The notes beneath the pieces are model-generated. The model was given only the letters and a program-made list of their open reading frames with translations. It had not been told where the DNA came from and searched no databases. Shown piece after piece: positions 17,061 to 25,964 of a stretch of 28,774 nucleotides of DNA. This stretch comes from a virus (Duplodnaviria; Caudoviricetes): positions 1-28,774 of IMG/VR virus record IMGVR_UViG_3300036781_000129; one strand, written 5' to 3'. The position numbers and the translations under genes were made by a program. Each line of letters begins with the position of its first letter. Positions within the stretch are counted from its first letter, which is position 1.

Positions 17061-17209
17061 GCTCCTTTCTCATCTGGATTACATCGGATTTTGGCATCAT
17101 TTTGCCAGTGAACTGGAAGCACGCAAGACGAGTTCCTCTTGACACGATGTAGGGCCACATCACCCAGAACAGGAAATGACCCAGATGCGGGAAGAGTTTC
17201 CTGATCCAG

Positions 17210-17992
17210 CTAGAACTTGCCGTAATCACGCCTTGGAAGACGCGCATACCCCATGGCAAGGCAGGGTTGCCCATCGTCGGCCAGGTGTGAGGAGAAGATG
17301 AGCTCGATGAAGTTCTCGAGGTTCCATCCCAGTTCGTCGCCAATAGTGACGTCAGCCAGACCGAGAAGGCCATAGAACTCATTTTGGCTTGCGTACATAT
17401 CGCCGCCGACAATTCGCCGGTTGATTTCGTTCTCAGACTGACGAATGGTTTCGATATCACTTTTGAAGTACCTCCCGGTAAGGGAGTCGTAGCACAGATT
17501 CTCACCGCCTTTCGTGATGATCACCTGCGTGCTACTGACAGGGCGATCATCGATCTGGTTCTTGGCGACGGCTTCTGTGACCTTGCGCTCCTTGGCAACG
17601 CCGATCTGGTTCAGGACTTCGTCTTTGTACTCACGCAAGGCCGTATCTGCCAGTGTGTACGCACCGACAAGAGCTGCATTACGCCTCATGCCGACCTGGT
17701 TGGCTCCCACGACGCACCCGACAGTTGCGGCACCGGAGATCGCAGCTGGAATATAAACCTTCCAGCAAGCTTTCACTTTCTCTGTGAGAGGGAAGACTTC
17801 TCCCTCGACCCAGGAGTCAGAGCCAACCCATTTGTCTCTGGCTTCTTTGATCTTCTCACAGGCCCTTGGGCTGGCCTTGGCCGCCAGGATCGCTGTGGCG
17901 ATGACTCCGCCTACAGCAAGACCTGACAAGATTGTAGGCGAGCTCTGGTTCATGGACTGCCCTGCTCGGCGCAGCCAAATTGGCATGGACAT
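17210..17992 (-). CDS. DUF6353-like phage protein, second paralogue (260 aa)
   Basis: SPTILSGLAVGGVIATA, YIPAAI, AALVGAY, YD...GRYFKS and NEFY..LGL....GDELGW. Confidence 0.8.
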   Translation of the reverse strand: MSMPIWLRRAGQSMNQSSPTILSGLAVGGVIATAILAAKASPRACEKIKEARDKWVGSDSWVEGEVFPLTEKVKACWKVYIPAAISGAATVGCVVGANQVGMRRNAALVGAYTLADTALREYKDEVLNQIGVAKERKVTEAVAKNQIDDRPVSSTQVIITKGGENLCYDSLTGRYFKSDIETIRQSENEINRRIVGGDMYASQNEFYGLLGLADVTIGDELGWNLENFIELIFSSHLADDGQPCLAMGYARLPRRDYGKF

Positions 17993-18006
17993 GGTCTTCC
18001 TCTCTG

Positions 18007-18049
18007 AAAAATGAAAAGCCTTGAGCCCTTGTTACAGGGCTCTGTGGCT
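18007..18049 (-). terminator. Intrinsic terminator
   Basis: GAGCCCT (18023-18029) and AGGGCTC (18036-18042) form a perfect stem with outer AGCC/GGCT. TTTTCATTTTT follows on the minus strand. Confidence 0.75.
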
Positions 18050-18063
18050 CCCCGGTTAAGGGG

Positions 18064-18243
18064 CTACTCCGAATCGTTCTTCGGGATGATGACTTCGTGG
18101 ACGCGGGTTGCGACCTTGGCGATGAGGGCGTTCGCCACAACACCCAGCACCACAGTCACGGCGGTCGATGCGACGACAGCAGTGACCTGGCGCTTGGTGG
18201 ATACGGCGTTGGTCTCTTCGGCAGGGGTCTCAATAGCGGTCAT
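18064..18243 (-). CDS. Small hydrophobic protein (59 aa)
   Basis: Start reassigned to ATG 18243 (AGGAGAGG RBS). It lies between motif copy 3 and a terminator. Confidence 0.75.
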   Translation of the reverse strand: MTAIETPAEETNAVSTKRQVTAVVASTAVTVVLGVVANALIAKVATRVHEVIIPKNDSE

Positions 18244-18271
18244 TATGCCTCTCCTAAAACACGGTGTCGGG

Positions 18272-18299
18272 TTCACTATAGGGCATGTAAATCCTGCGA
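18272..18299 (-). promoter_or_regulatory. Phage promoter-like motif, copy 3
   Basis: Minus strand TCGCAGGATTTACATGCCCTATAGTGAA, 28 nt upstream of ATG 18243. Confidence 0.75.
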
Positions 18300-18322
18300 G
18301 CAAAAGTTGAGAGGCTATGTAA

Positions 18323-18365
18323 ACTGAGACCCTGTGCAGCGGGGAAGTGCCACACAGGGGTCAGT
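18323..18365 (-). terminator. Hairpin (possible terminator) after the 99-aa gene
   Basis: CCCTGTG (18330-18336) and CACAGGG (18353-18359) with outer ACTGA/TCAGT. The T-tract is weak. Confidence 0.45.
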
Positions 18366-18390
18366 CGTCGGTCATTGATCGTCAGAAGTG

Positions 18391-18690
18391 TTACTGCTTG
18401 ATCTTCGGCACGAAGCTCAGCGACTTCGACGTGATCACATTGGCCTTCTCGAATCCGAGGATGAGTCCGATGCTGAGAAGCGTTCCTGCGATGCTGGCAA
18501 TCATGTCAGGACTCACGGAATCTTGTTTCGCTCCAGCCTTGTCGGCGGTGCGAGCTTCCATGAGCGTTTTGATGTTGTCAGCTGCGAATCTCTTCTCTTC
18601 GTCGGTCTCCATTCCTGCGAACTCAGAGATCAAGTGGGTAATGGTCTCGTCTAGTTCGTGAACTTCGTCCTTAGGCTTTCGGCTAAACAC
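18391..18690 (-). CDS. Conserved small phage protein with C-terminal hydrophobic helix (99 aa)
   Basis: VSPD.IASIAGTLLSIGLILGFEK..VITSK.L.FV.K motif. AGAGAGGA RBS with a GTG start. Confidence 0.8.
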   Translation of the reverse strand: MFSRKPKDEVHELDETITHLISEFAGMETDEEKRFAADNIKTLMEARTADKAGAKQDSVSPDMIASIAGTLLSIGLILGFEKANVITSKSLSFVPKIKQ

Positions 18691-18710
18691 GTCAGTCCTC
18701 TCTTTTGACT

Positions 18711-18738
18711 TTCACTATATGACGTGTTTTTCCTGCGA
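18711..18738 (-). promoter_or_regulatory. Phage promoter-like motif, copy 4
   Basis: Minus strand TCGCAGGAAAAACACGTCATATAGTGAA, immediately after the holin stop and 20 nt upstream of GTG 18690. Confidence 0.75.
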
Positions 18739-18739
18739 A

Positions 18740-19063
18740 TCAGGTCGGTGTCACCTTGAGGGTGATCGCCTTCTTCCCCGCGAGTTCTTCGACCGGAGTT
18801 GTGAGTTCCAGTGAATAAGTGTCCTTAGCCGGATCAGTCTTGTCGACCACAAGCTTGCCGTCAGACGGTGGTGTGTACGACGATGACGACAGATGCAGAG
18901 CCGCACCCAGGAACGTATCGATCGCAGATATCGTTCCCACGACCTGCTCCACGGCGCCCAGATGCCAGATACCGGCCACAGCAGCGTAGAGAGTCGCTGC
19001 ACCGGGTAGCCAGATCAAGGCGATCGGCTTGAGAAGGTTATAGAACTTGTTACTGAATGTCAC
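18740..19063 (-). CDS. Holin (Dp-1-like)
   Basis: SNK.YN.LK.IA.IWLP..ATLY.A.AGIW....EQVVGTISAIDTFLG..L..SS pattern with two TM segments. Confidence 0.85.
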   Translation of the reverse strand: MTFSNKFYNLLKPIALIWLPGAATLYAAVAGIWHLGAVEQVVGTISAIDTFLGAALHLSSSSYTPPSDGKLVVDKTDPAKDTYSLELTTPVEELAGKKAITLKVTPT

Positions 19064-19087
19064 GTTTGTCCTCTCTGAAGAAATAGA

Positions 19088-19345
19088 TCAGCAGCCAAGC
19101 TGCCTTGCAAGGCTAGCTCGCCGCAATTTGAGTTCCCATTCCCTTTCCACTTGAGAGTTGGGCGCTGCGCCTACAGGCTTTGTGATTGGATCCTTCAGGT
19201 GAATTGCAAGCACCTGACAGAACTTGTGGTTGTTGGTGGAAATCTCCCGAAGGCCCACAAGAAGAACCAGACCAGAAAGCATCATGGATATCAGAACCAG
19301 AACTACGTAAGGCCTGTTGACCTTGAACCAGTGCATTATCCACAT
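19088..19345 (-). CDS. Membrane-anchored protein, paralogue B (85 aa)
   Basis: N-terminal TM, then NNHKFC...LGC. Confidence 0.7.
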   Translation of the reverse strand: MWIMHWFKVNRPYVVLVLISMMLSGLVLLVGLREISTNNHKFCQVLAIHLKDPITKPVGAAPNSQVEREWELKLRRASLARQLGC

Positions 19346-19578
19346 CCAAGAGATCTGTCGAGTCTTACGAACTTCTGGTAAAACTCGTAGCTTTTCTCCC
19401 GGCTTGGATGCGCCTTCGGATCAGCAGGTTTAGGTACTGGCGTGATGATAATTGTGCTCACCACATCACACCATTTGTGGTTGTTGCTCCGCACGAAACT
19501 TATGCAGAACAGAATGCACATAGCCGATAGCACCACAGAAACCGCGGCGAGCACGACATAAGCTCTTCGCTCTCTCAC
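19336..19578 (-). CDS. Membrane-anchored protein, paralogue A (80 aa)
   Basis: N-terminal TM, then NNHKWC...LGCG. GAGGAAG RBS. Confidence 0.7.
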   Translation of the reverse strand: MRERRAYVVLAAVSVVLSAMCILFCISFVRSNNHKWCDVVSTIIITPVPKPADPKAHPSREKSYEFYQKFVRLDRSLGCG

Positions 19579-19831
19579 CGTTATCTTCCTCTGGGTGTGA
19601 AGGCAGCGACGGCTGCTCCGACTGATGGTGAGATGACGATGAGGATGGCCCAGGCTCGGACAAGATCGATATGATCGCGGCCCTTGCTGATGGCACCATG
19701 CACGCTAGCCCTATGAGAGCCAGATACCCGCTTGGAGTGGTCGCGTAGACCTGTTTCCAGATAATCCATGCGCCGAACCCCGTGAGAGCTATGTCTCGGA
19801 AGCTCTGACCTAGGACCGAAAACCATTTCAC
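19466..19831 (-). CDS. Two-TM membrane protein (121 aa)
   Basis: GGGGAGAG RBS with a GTG start and two hydrophobic segments. The C-terminal part overlaps the next gene. Confidence 0.6.
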   Translation of the reverse strand: MKWFSVLGQSFRDIALTGFGAWIIWKQVYATTPSGYLALIGLACMVPSARAAIISILSEPGPSSSSSHHQSEQPSLPSHPEEDNGERAKSLCRARRGFCGAIGYVHSVLHKFRAEQQPQMV

Positions 19832-19847
19832 CTCTCCCCGCCTTATG

Positions 19848-20951
19848 TTAGATACTAGAACTAGGTACCGTCTTCTGAAGTGACAATGTCGGATATGATC
19901 TGTCTCCGGTATCGTCTGAAGTAAATATCTGTTCTGTAACGAGCATAAGGCTTACGTTCCCCATGTCATCACGTTCTTCTACAAGATCTCCGAGATTGTA
20001 ATCCACCCCGTAAATATAGGGAACGGTCGGAGGTAGCTGGCCGTCAAAGCTGTAGATCTCTTGCTGGTCTCTGAGTGCCTGAAGACCTTCTTGCATCAGA
20101 GCAGAAGTGAGAGCGTCGCTTGCGTCGGCGTCGTTGCTGGAGTTCACAAGGAGAACTTTCCTGTCAGCTCCTGAAACGCTTGAGACAACTCCTGGAGCGT
20201 TAACAATTACAGCTCCATTCGTCGCAAACACGTAAGCTACAGTCTTCAGCTGTGCAGTCGATACAAGCTGACTGATCTGCTGAAGAGTGTCGAGATTTGG
20301 GTCAAATATGATTGGCGACATGATGCTTTGACCAGTCGTCAAATCATTACCTGTGTAAACCTCGAAATAGATCTGACCAGTCTCGCCGTTTCTGACCATT
20401 CTGAACCCGAGGCTGTATGTATCGCAGACTGTCTTGATGGCGTTGTAGAGCGTGTCAGGAGGCGACGTCACTGTGACTACAACCGCAGGAAGCGGAATGT
20501 TTCCTGGCTGTAGGAGTCTCCCGCCAATGTAGAACGGAATATCGTCGTTGTCGCTGATCGCACCGTCAACGCAAACTGCGTTGAACATGAACTGAACTAT
20601 GACGTCAGGAGACCCTGTGATCACCCAGTTAGGTGTCGCAGTGGTACTCGCAAGAGCCGGCATAGCAACACGATCATCAAGCAAAGCCTCTATCGATCTT
20701 CCGGCGACAGTGAGATTTCTGGAACCGTCTTCATCAGTATCGTCAGAGACACTGTCGACAACCATGACTCTGTATGATCCTTGCATGGCCAGCATTGTCC
20801 TGGGCGCAAGCATCATCTTGCAGTCTGTGCTGTATGGTGCGACTATCTGAAAGTCACCGAATGCGGAATATCGTTCAGTCCAGACGAACGATGTGTATTC
20901 TTCAATGACTTCATTACGGCGAAGTGCATCGTCCAGGGTATACCATTCCAT
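19848..20951 (-). CDS. Minor tail protein (ReqiPepy6 Gp37-like)
   Basis: IEEYTSFVWTERY...GDFQI, GRSIEALLDDR and YGVDYNLGDLV motifs. Follows Dit, with the start at ATG 20951 (TGATG coupling). Confidence 0.85.
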   Translation of the reverse strand: MEWYTLDDALRRNEVIEEYTSFVWTERYSAFGDFQIVAPYSTDCKMMLAPRTMLAMQGSYRVMVVDSVSDDTDEDGSRNLTVAGRSIEALLDDRVAMPALASTTATPNWVITGSPDVIVQFMFNAVCVDGAISDNDDIPFYIGGRLLQPGNIPLPAVVVTVTSPPDTLYNAIKTVCDTYSLGFRMVRNGETGQIYFEVYTGNDLTTGQSIMSPIIFDPNLDTLQQISQLVSTAQLKTVAYVFATNGAVIVNAPGVVSSVSGADRKVLLVNSSNDADASDALTSALMQEGLQALRDQQEIYSFDGQLPPTVPYIYGVDYNLGDLVEERDDMGNVSLMLVTEQIFTSDDTGDRSYPTLSLQKTVPSSSI

Positions 20952-21775
20952 CAGATACCCCCGATCTTTGCCGTGTATGTCAAATCGTACGGAACTCCGT
21001 TTCCGAGTGAATAAGCCCTGAATTGATTGATGCCCTTCTTCAGGGTAATCCAGGTCGGGAATGCATCCACCCAATAGAGAATCGACGAGGTAACGCCGTC
21101 TCTTGTGAGGGTCACACTCCTGAAACCTGGAACGGAGTTCACGATTATGACATCGCCATCTGTGAAAGTCGCACCTGTTATACCGAACTGCTGAACTATT
21201 CCGTCTGGAGCGATGTTGTACAAGATGACACTTGTCATATCACGGTTCACGTTCAGGGTAAATATAACCCCTGTGTCTGTGGTCCCTTGATAGTCGACCA
21301 TGTTCGCGTTTGTGTTCGGAACGGTCTCAGAGCTGAGATTGGTCATCTCAGGGAAATAGAAATCAGGATCGTAGCAGATCAGTGAAATATCGACCTGCGG
21401 GTCGGCCGAGAACATGCTGTTTTCGCAGCTCTCGACCTGACCCGTAGTCACGACGTATTCGACGTTGTCAAGAAAGAATGCCAGATCTACCACTGCCTTG
21501 GTCGTGAAATATGAATACAAGGCATCTCTGAGCGACTGCACGGTTGTCGTCACGTAGTCCGGCTCAAGGCCGACACTGATCGTTATGTTCCGTGGATCAC
21601 GACGGGCATTCTGGAACTGAGCCCCGTCAACTTGCGACAACGTCGAAGACGTCAGCGTTGCCTTGACAGGGTTCAGTCCCTCGATGTCCTTTACCACGTA
21701 ACCGGCAGAAGAATCCTGCATCGGGAGCTGCAGCGTGTTACCGCGTGAGTTTGTTACTTCCACCTGCGTTAGCAC
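20951..21775 (-). CDS. Distal tail protein (Dit-like minor tail protein)
   Basis: Directly after tape measure. IEGLNPVKA, DGA...ARRDPRNI, ISLICYDPDF and W..L.KG.N.F motifs. Confidence 0.85.
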   Translation of the reverse strand: MLTQVEVTNSRGNTLQLPMQDSSAGYVVKDIEGLNPVKATLTSSTLSQVDGAQFQNARRDPRNITISVGLEPDYVTTTVQSLRDALYSYFTTKAVVDLAFFLDNVEYVVTTGQVESCENSMFSADPQVDISLICYDPDFYFPEMTNLSSETVPNTNANMVDYQGTTDTGVIFTLNVNRDMTSVILYNIAPDGIVQQFGITGATFTDGDVIIVNSVPGFRSVTLTRDGVTSSILYWVDAFPTWITLKKGINQFRAYSLGNGVPYDLTYTAKIGGI

Positions 21776-24700
21776 TGGACAGAGCCCCCTTCGCTATGGA
21801 TAGCTGGTTCTTGGTCTGACGGTAAATAGTCGCTGCGGACAGTGACTGCGGAGAAGTGTTGTACTGATTGAACGTGACGTTTGTCTTGTCTGGGGTTATG
21901 AGACCGGCCGACTGAGCGGCTGCAGCATTGGACGCAGATATAGACGTAGCAGAAGCAGTCGACGCTGTTGCTGCAATGATTTGCTTCTTAGACAGATCAT
22001 TAAGGCTTCCGAAGCCCTTCTTAGCCTCTGTCAAGTCGATCACAGGAGTGATCTTCGGCTGAAGATCGATGTTGTTTCCGATCACATTCCCAGCATTGGC
22101 AAGTGTGTCGCTCAAGGTACTGAGCATCGACTTACCGGCCTTCTCCACAGAATCGTTAACCTTACCTATGGAGTTAGTGATACCTACAGCCATACCAGCG
22201 GCAGACTGAGCACCAACCTCCATGAACGCCTTGGACGGCGAACTGATTCCAAGGAAATGCTTGGCCGCACTGAGAGCACTTGATGCAGCATGTACTGCAG
22301 CACCGATTACTCCTCCGATGCCTCCGGATATGCCAGCAATCATGCCCTGGATGATCGCACTACCCAGGTTGGCTGCGGCGGCATGAATTCTTCCGCTGCT
22401 TCCTCTGATCTTGTTGGCTATTCCATTGACAAGGTTGATCACCATATTGACGCCGGCGTTCACGATTCTCTGAGCACTATTGCCCACAGCATTGATGAAT
22501 GCCACTACGACGTTTACGGCAGATCTGGCGACCTGCGGAATCTTTCTTGCCACGCCGTTCAGGAATGCGACGATAAGCGCTGCGCCCTGAGAGACGAATC
22601 TCGGCGTGTATTTCACTGCTGCCTGAATCATTCTCAGAAGCAGATTAAGGAAGGTAGTGATGATCCTCGGGGAGTACTTGTTGATAGAACTGAGAACGCC
22701 GTTCATGACCGAAGCGAAAGCTTGAGCCGCCAGAGGAGCAACCTTGATGATTGCCCTGAGCAGTGCTGTCAGAATGGCTGTGAACGCCTTGGTGATCGCT
22801 ACAGCGCCAGTACCGATGGCATTAGCGAACTCGACTATTCCTTCGCCTATCTTCTTCAAGGTTTCTGGAATAAGGCTGAGGATGCTTGTCACGAACGACA
22901 ATATGGCCGCACCTGATGCCGTAACAGCCACAGCAAGGGCGGTTAGACCTGTTGCGAAGAGAAGAACTCCTGCGCCGGCCGCAAGAACGCCAACGCCCAG
23001 CAGAGTAATCGCCAGTCCTAGCCCGAGAAGAGTCGGAATAAGAGGTGTCAGCAGAATTCCCGCGGCGGCAATTATCAGGAAAACAGCCGCAAGTGCAGTC
23101 AGTCCCTTGGCAATCGCCGACCAGGAAAGGCTTCCCAGAGCAACTAGCACAGGCGTCAGGATAGCCAGAGATGCTGCAACCACGAGCAAAGCGGCCGCAC
23201 CGGGCAAAGCACCTGACATCAAGTACATAGCAGCAGCAATGATTGCCAGTGAAGCTGCCAGAACGATAAGTGACTTGGCTATCGATCCTATGGACTGGCC
23301 ACCCATTGTCTGAAGCGCGTCAGCGATTATGACCAGCGCCGACGCAACGAGAACTAGACCTAGAGATGTCGCAATCATGCTTGGCGGCATCAAGTTCATA
23401 GCAGCAGCAATAATAAGCAGAGCAGCTGCGATGGATACCAGACCCTTGGCCAGCGTTTCAGGAGACAGAGAACCTAGTGTCTCCACAGCCCTGGCTATGA
23501 TGTTGAGCGCGACGCCCAGGATAACCATCGCTGCAGCAGTGCCGATTAGCTGGACACCACTGATCTGGTTGAATCCGGCAAGGATAGCCAGAAGAATAGC
23601 GATCGAGCCTATTCCCTTGGCAAGGTTAGCAAGACTCAGCTTTCCGAGTCTGCCAACAGCCAAAGACAAGACGTTGAGCGCTACAGCCATGACTTCCATG
23701 GAATATGCGGTCGCGATGAGGCCCACAGAGTCAGTCGACATCAAAGCTGTTGCTACCACGAGCTCAAGAAGAAGAACAGCAATGGCTGACAGACCCTTGG
23801 CAAGCTGTTCCCAGCTAAACTGCGCCAATATAGCCACAGCACCAGCAAGGATGACTATGGCTGTAGACAGAAGGTTCAGTGCCAGCGCAATGGCTTCCAT
23901 TTTGAGGATTCCAGCGGAACCCCCAATTTTAGTCACCACAGCCATCGCAGCAAGAAGCTGAATGAACATTGCCGTAATCGCAGTCAGGGCCTTGGTCAGG
24001 TTCTTGACGTTGATGAGCGACAAAACGAGCAAGGAAGCCGCCAGAAGAGCCACGGCAATGGCGATCTTCTGCAGAATGCCAGCCTTGAGATTGGCCTGCA
24101 TGACTTCCAGCGTGTTAGTCAGGGATTCGAAGGACTCCTTGATGGTGCTGAAGAGACCTCCGCCACCTCCACCCTTTCCGAGATCCTTGATGAACTTCCT
24201 GATCGCTACAAGAATCCCGCCAAGCAGAAGCTGGTTAATGATGCCAGTTACTGCACTGAAGTTTCCGCTTTGGATGCCCTGAACGACGGCTCCGGCCAGT
24301 TTGGAGAACTCTTGGCCGATCTTCTGAACGAAGGGAGAAACGGCGGCGATGACCTTGTCGAATGCTCCACTCAATCCGCCAAGTGCTCCGACAATGGCGA
24401 TGATTGCCTTGATCGGGATGGACAAGATCTTACCAAGAATCGTAAAGAACTTGGTAAGAGCATTGCCTGATTCGATGGTTTGCCTGATCTTGGTAAGAAA
24501 GTTGCCGATCCTGGCGGTCAAACTCAGGAAACTTCCCCCACCGCTTGCAACCACGCCGAACAAGGAGAACAACGTCTTAACTAGGCCGCCGATAATATCG
24601 AAGACGATCTTGACCACAGAGAATATGCCGACGAATGTGGCCTTTAGATCCTTAGTTCCCTGACTACTGAGACGCAAGCTCTCTGTAAACTTCTCGAGAG

Positions 24701-25964
24701 CTACTGTCATTTTGACCAGTGTCAGCGCAGTGACCGGCGGGAAGACTTCCCTGAATGCCGATCCAATCGTTCCAAGGATCTGTCCAAGATTCCTGAACGC
24801 ATCGCTGATGGCCTGGATGAGCTCATCACGTCCGCCGAGCTTATCCCACTCTTCGAGAAGCTTCGCAAGGCCATTCAGAGGGCTGGTGAACGCATTCTCA
24901 AGAACGTTATGAACCTTGGACAAGGTAGCCGTAGCATCGGTTACGTTTCCGATGACTGCTTCCCAGACATGCGACCATGCCGTTGCGACTTCCTCAGCCA
25001 GAGCCTGATGCAGCTGTGTCAGTGTCCGAATATCGGTTGCTGACGACTGAGCCGCTTTGGCTTGCTTGAGAATGGCTTCTGTTTGCTTCTGGGAATATCC
25101 CAGACCTCTTAGTTGAGAGGCACTGAGATCTCCAGTGAACGTTTCAAGCGTCTGAGTAAGAATCTTGGACGTAAGCCAGCCCTCTTGCAGGGTATTCCTG
25201 AAGCCCTTGTCCTTCTTGATCATCTGATCAATGGCGACGCCATGTACCTTGGCAGTCTGAATAAGTGCATTCTGGAATACTTTACCGCCCAGACCGGCGT
25301 TGACTACTGAGTTCCAGTCCTGAAGCTTGACAGTGCCTGAAGCGATAGCCTGAGACAACTGGTACATCGCGGTAGAGGCTTGCTCCGAAGACGACCCTGA
25401 AAGCGCTGCGAGATTCGCGATGCCCTTGATTGAGGCTACCGATGTCTTCAGATCGACGCCGGCTGCAGTGAAGGTACCGATGTTCTTCGCCATCTGACCG
25501 AAGTTATAAACGGTCTTGTTGGCGTAAGTGTTCAGCTGGTTAAGAGCGGACGTAACCTGCTTAAGATTCGTCCCTTGGGCCTGTGTGTTCGCAAGAATTG
25601 TCTTGATCGCATTGATCTTGGTTTCGTAGACGTCCAGTCCAGCCTTGATTGGATCGATCGTCAAGGACTTAAGAATGGATATGCCGGCGTTTACGGCCTT
25701 GTTTGCGATCGTTGCTATGGCGGTGACGCCCACAATGCCCAGCGTCTTGAACTTGCCTGCGATAGACGAAACACCGTCAGCCATTCCCTTGAGAGAGAAT
25801 CTCTTTCCGGCCTCGTCCAGGTTGTTGATGTCCTTCTCAGAGCCTTTCAGGCCGTTCAGGCCGTTCTTAAGACTCAGAAGCGCTTCTACGGTGCCTTTGA
25901 CGCTGGCAACGAAAGACTCGCCCTTAAAGGTCATCTCGACAATTCGCTCGTCGATGCCACTCAT
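21738..25964 (-). CDS. Tape measure protein
   Basis: About 1408 aa. N-terminal tape-measure domain (LNTYANKTVYNF..M..NIGTFTAAGV), long Ala/Leu/Ile/Gly helical repeats and LGISSPSK. Start at ATG 25964 (GGAGG RBS). Confidence 0.95.
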   Translation of the reverse strand: MSGIDERIVEMTFKGESFVASVKGTVEALLSLKNGLNGLKGSEKDINNLDEAGKRFSLKGMADGVSSIAGKFKTLGIVGVTAIATIANKAVNAGISILKSLTIDPIKAGLDVYETKINAIKTILANTQAQGTNLKQVTSALNQLNTYANKTVYNFGQMAKNIGTFTAAGVDLKTSVASIKGIANLAALSGSSSEQASTAMYQLSQAIASGTVKLQDWNSVVNAGLGGKVFQNALIQTAKVHGVAIDQMIKKDKGFRNTLQEGWLTSKILTQTLETFTGDLSASQLRGLGYSQKQTEAILKQAKAAQSSATDIRTLTQLHQALAEEVATAWSHVWEAVIGNVTDATATLSKVHNVLENAFTSPLNGLAKLLEEWDKLGGRDELIQAISDAFRNLGQILGTIGSAFREVFPPVTALTLVKMTVALEKFTESLRLSSQGTKDLKATFVGIFSVVKIVFDIIGGLVKTLFSLFGVVASGGGSFLSLTARIGNFLTKIRQTIESGNALTKFFTILGKILSIPIKAIIAIVGALGGLSGAFDKVIAAVSPFVQKIGQEFSKLAGAVVQGIQSGNFSAVTGIINQLLLGGILVAIRKFIKDLGKGGGGGGLFSTIKESFESLTNTLEVMQANLKAGILQKIAIAVALLAASLLVLSLINVKNLTKALTAITAMFIQLLAAMAVVTKIGGSAGILKMEAIALALNLLSTAIVILAGAVAILAQFSWEQLAKGLSAIAVLLLELVVATALMSTDSVGLIATAYSMEVMAVALNVLSLAVGRLGKLSLANLAKGIGSIAILLAILAGFNQISGVQLIGTAAAMVILGVALNIIARAVETLGSLSPETLAKGLVSIAAALLIIAAAMNLMPPSMIATSLGLVLVASALVIIADALQTMGGQSIGSIAKSLIVLAASLAIIAAAMYLMSGALPGAAALLVVAASLAILTPVLVALGSLSWSAIAKGLTALAAVFLIIAAAGILLTPLIPTLLGLGLAITLLGVGVLAAGAGVLLFATGLTALAVAVTASGAAILSFVTSILSLIPETLKKIGEGIVEFANAIGTGAVAITKAFTAILTALLRAIIKVAPLAAQAFASVMNGVLSSINKYSPRIITTFLNLLLRMIQAAVKYTPRFVSQGAALIVAFLNGVARKIPQVARSAVNVVVAFINAVGNSAQRIVNAGVNMVINLVNGIANKIRGSSGRIHAAAANLGSAIIQGMIAGISGGIGGVIGAAVHAASSALSAAKHFLGISSPSKAFMEVGAQSAAGMAVGITNSIGKVNDSVEKAGKSMLSTLSDTLANAGNVIGNNIDLQPKITPVIDLTEAKKGFGSLNDLSKKQIIAATASTASATSISASNAAAAQSAGLITPDKTNVTFNQYNTSPQSLSAATIYRQTKNQLSIAKGALSSANAGGSNKLTR

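Noticed and set aside
16850-17505. ORFs 16850-17158 and full-length 16993-17505
   Set aside because: They overlap established genes heavily and lack a clear RBS. Only a shorter 16993-17247 version remains possible.
17033-18738. 28-bp repeats as a CRISPR array or att sites
   Set aside because: Spacing is irregular (hundreds to thousands of bp), the middle positions are degenerate, and the copies sit upstream of RBSs or hairpins, which fits promoters. No integrase is present in the window.
19581-19826. Alternative 81-aa ORF upstream of the holin cluster
   Set aside because: The overlapping frame 19466-19831 has a better-placed RBS and two clear TM segments. The 81-aa frame is not fully excluded.
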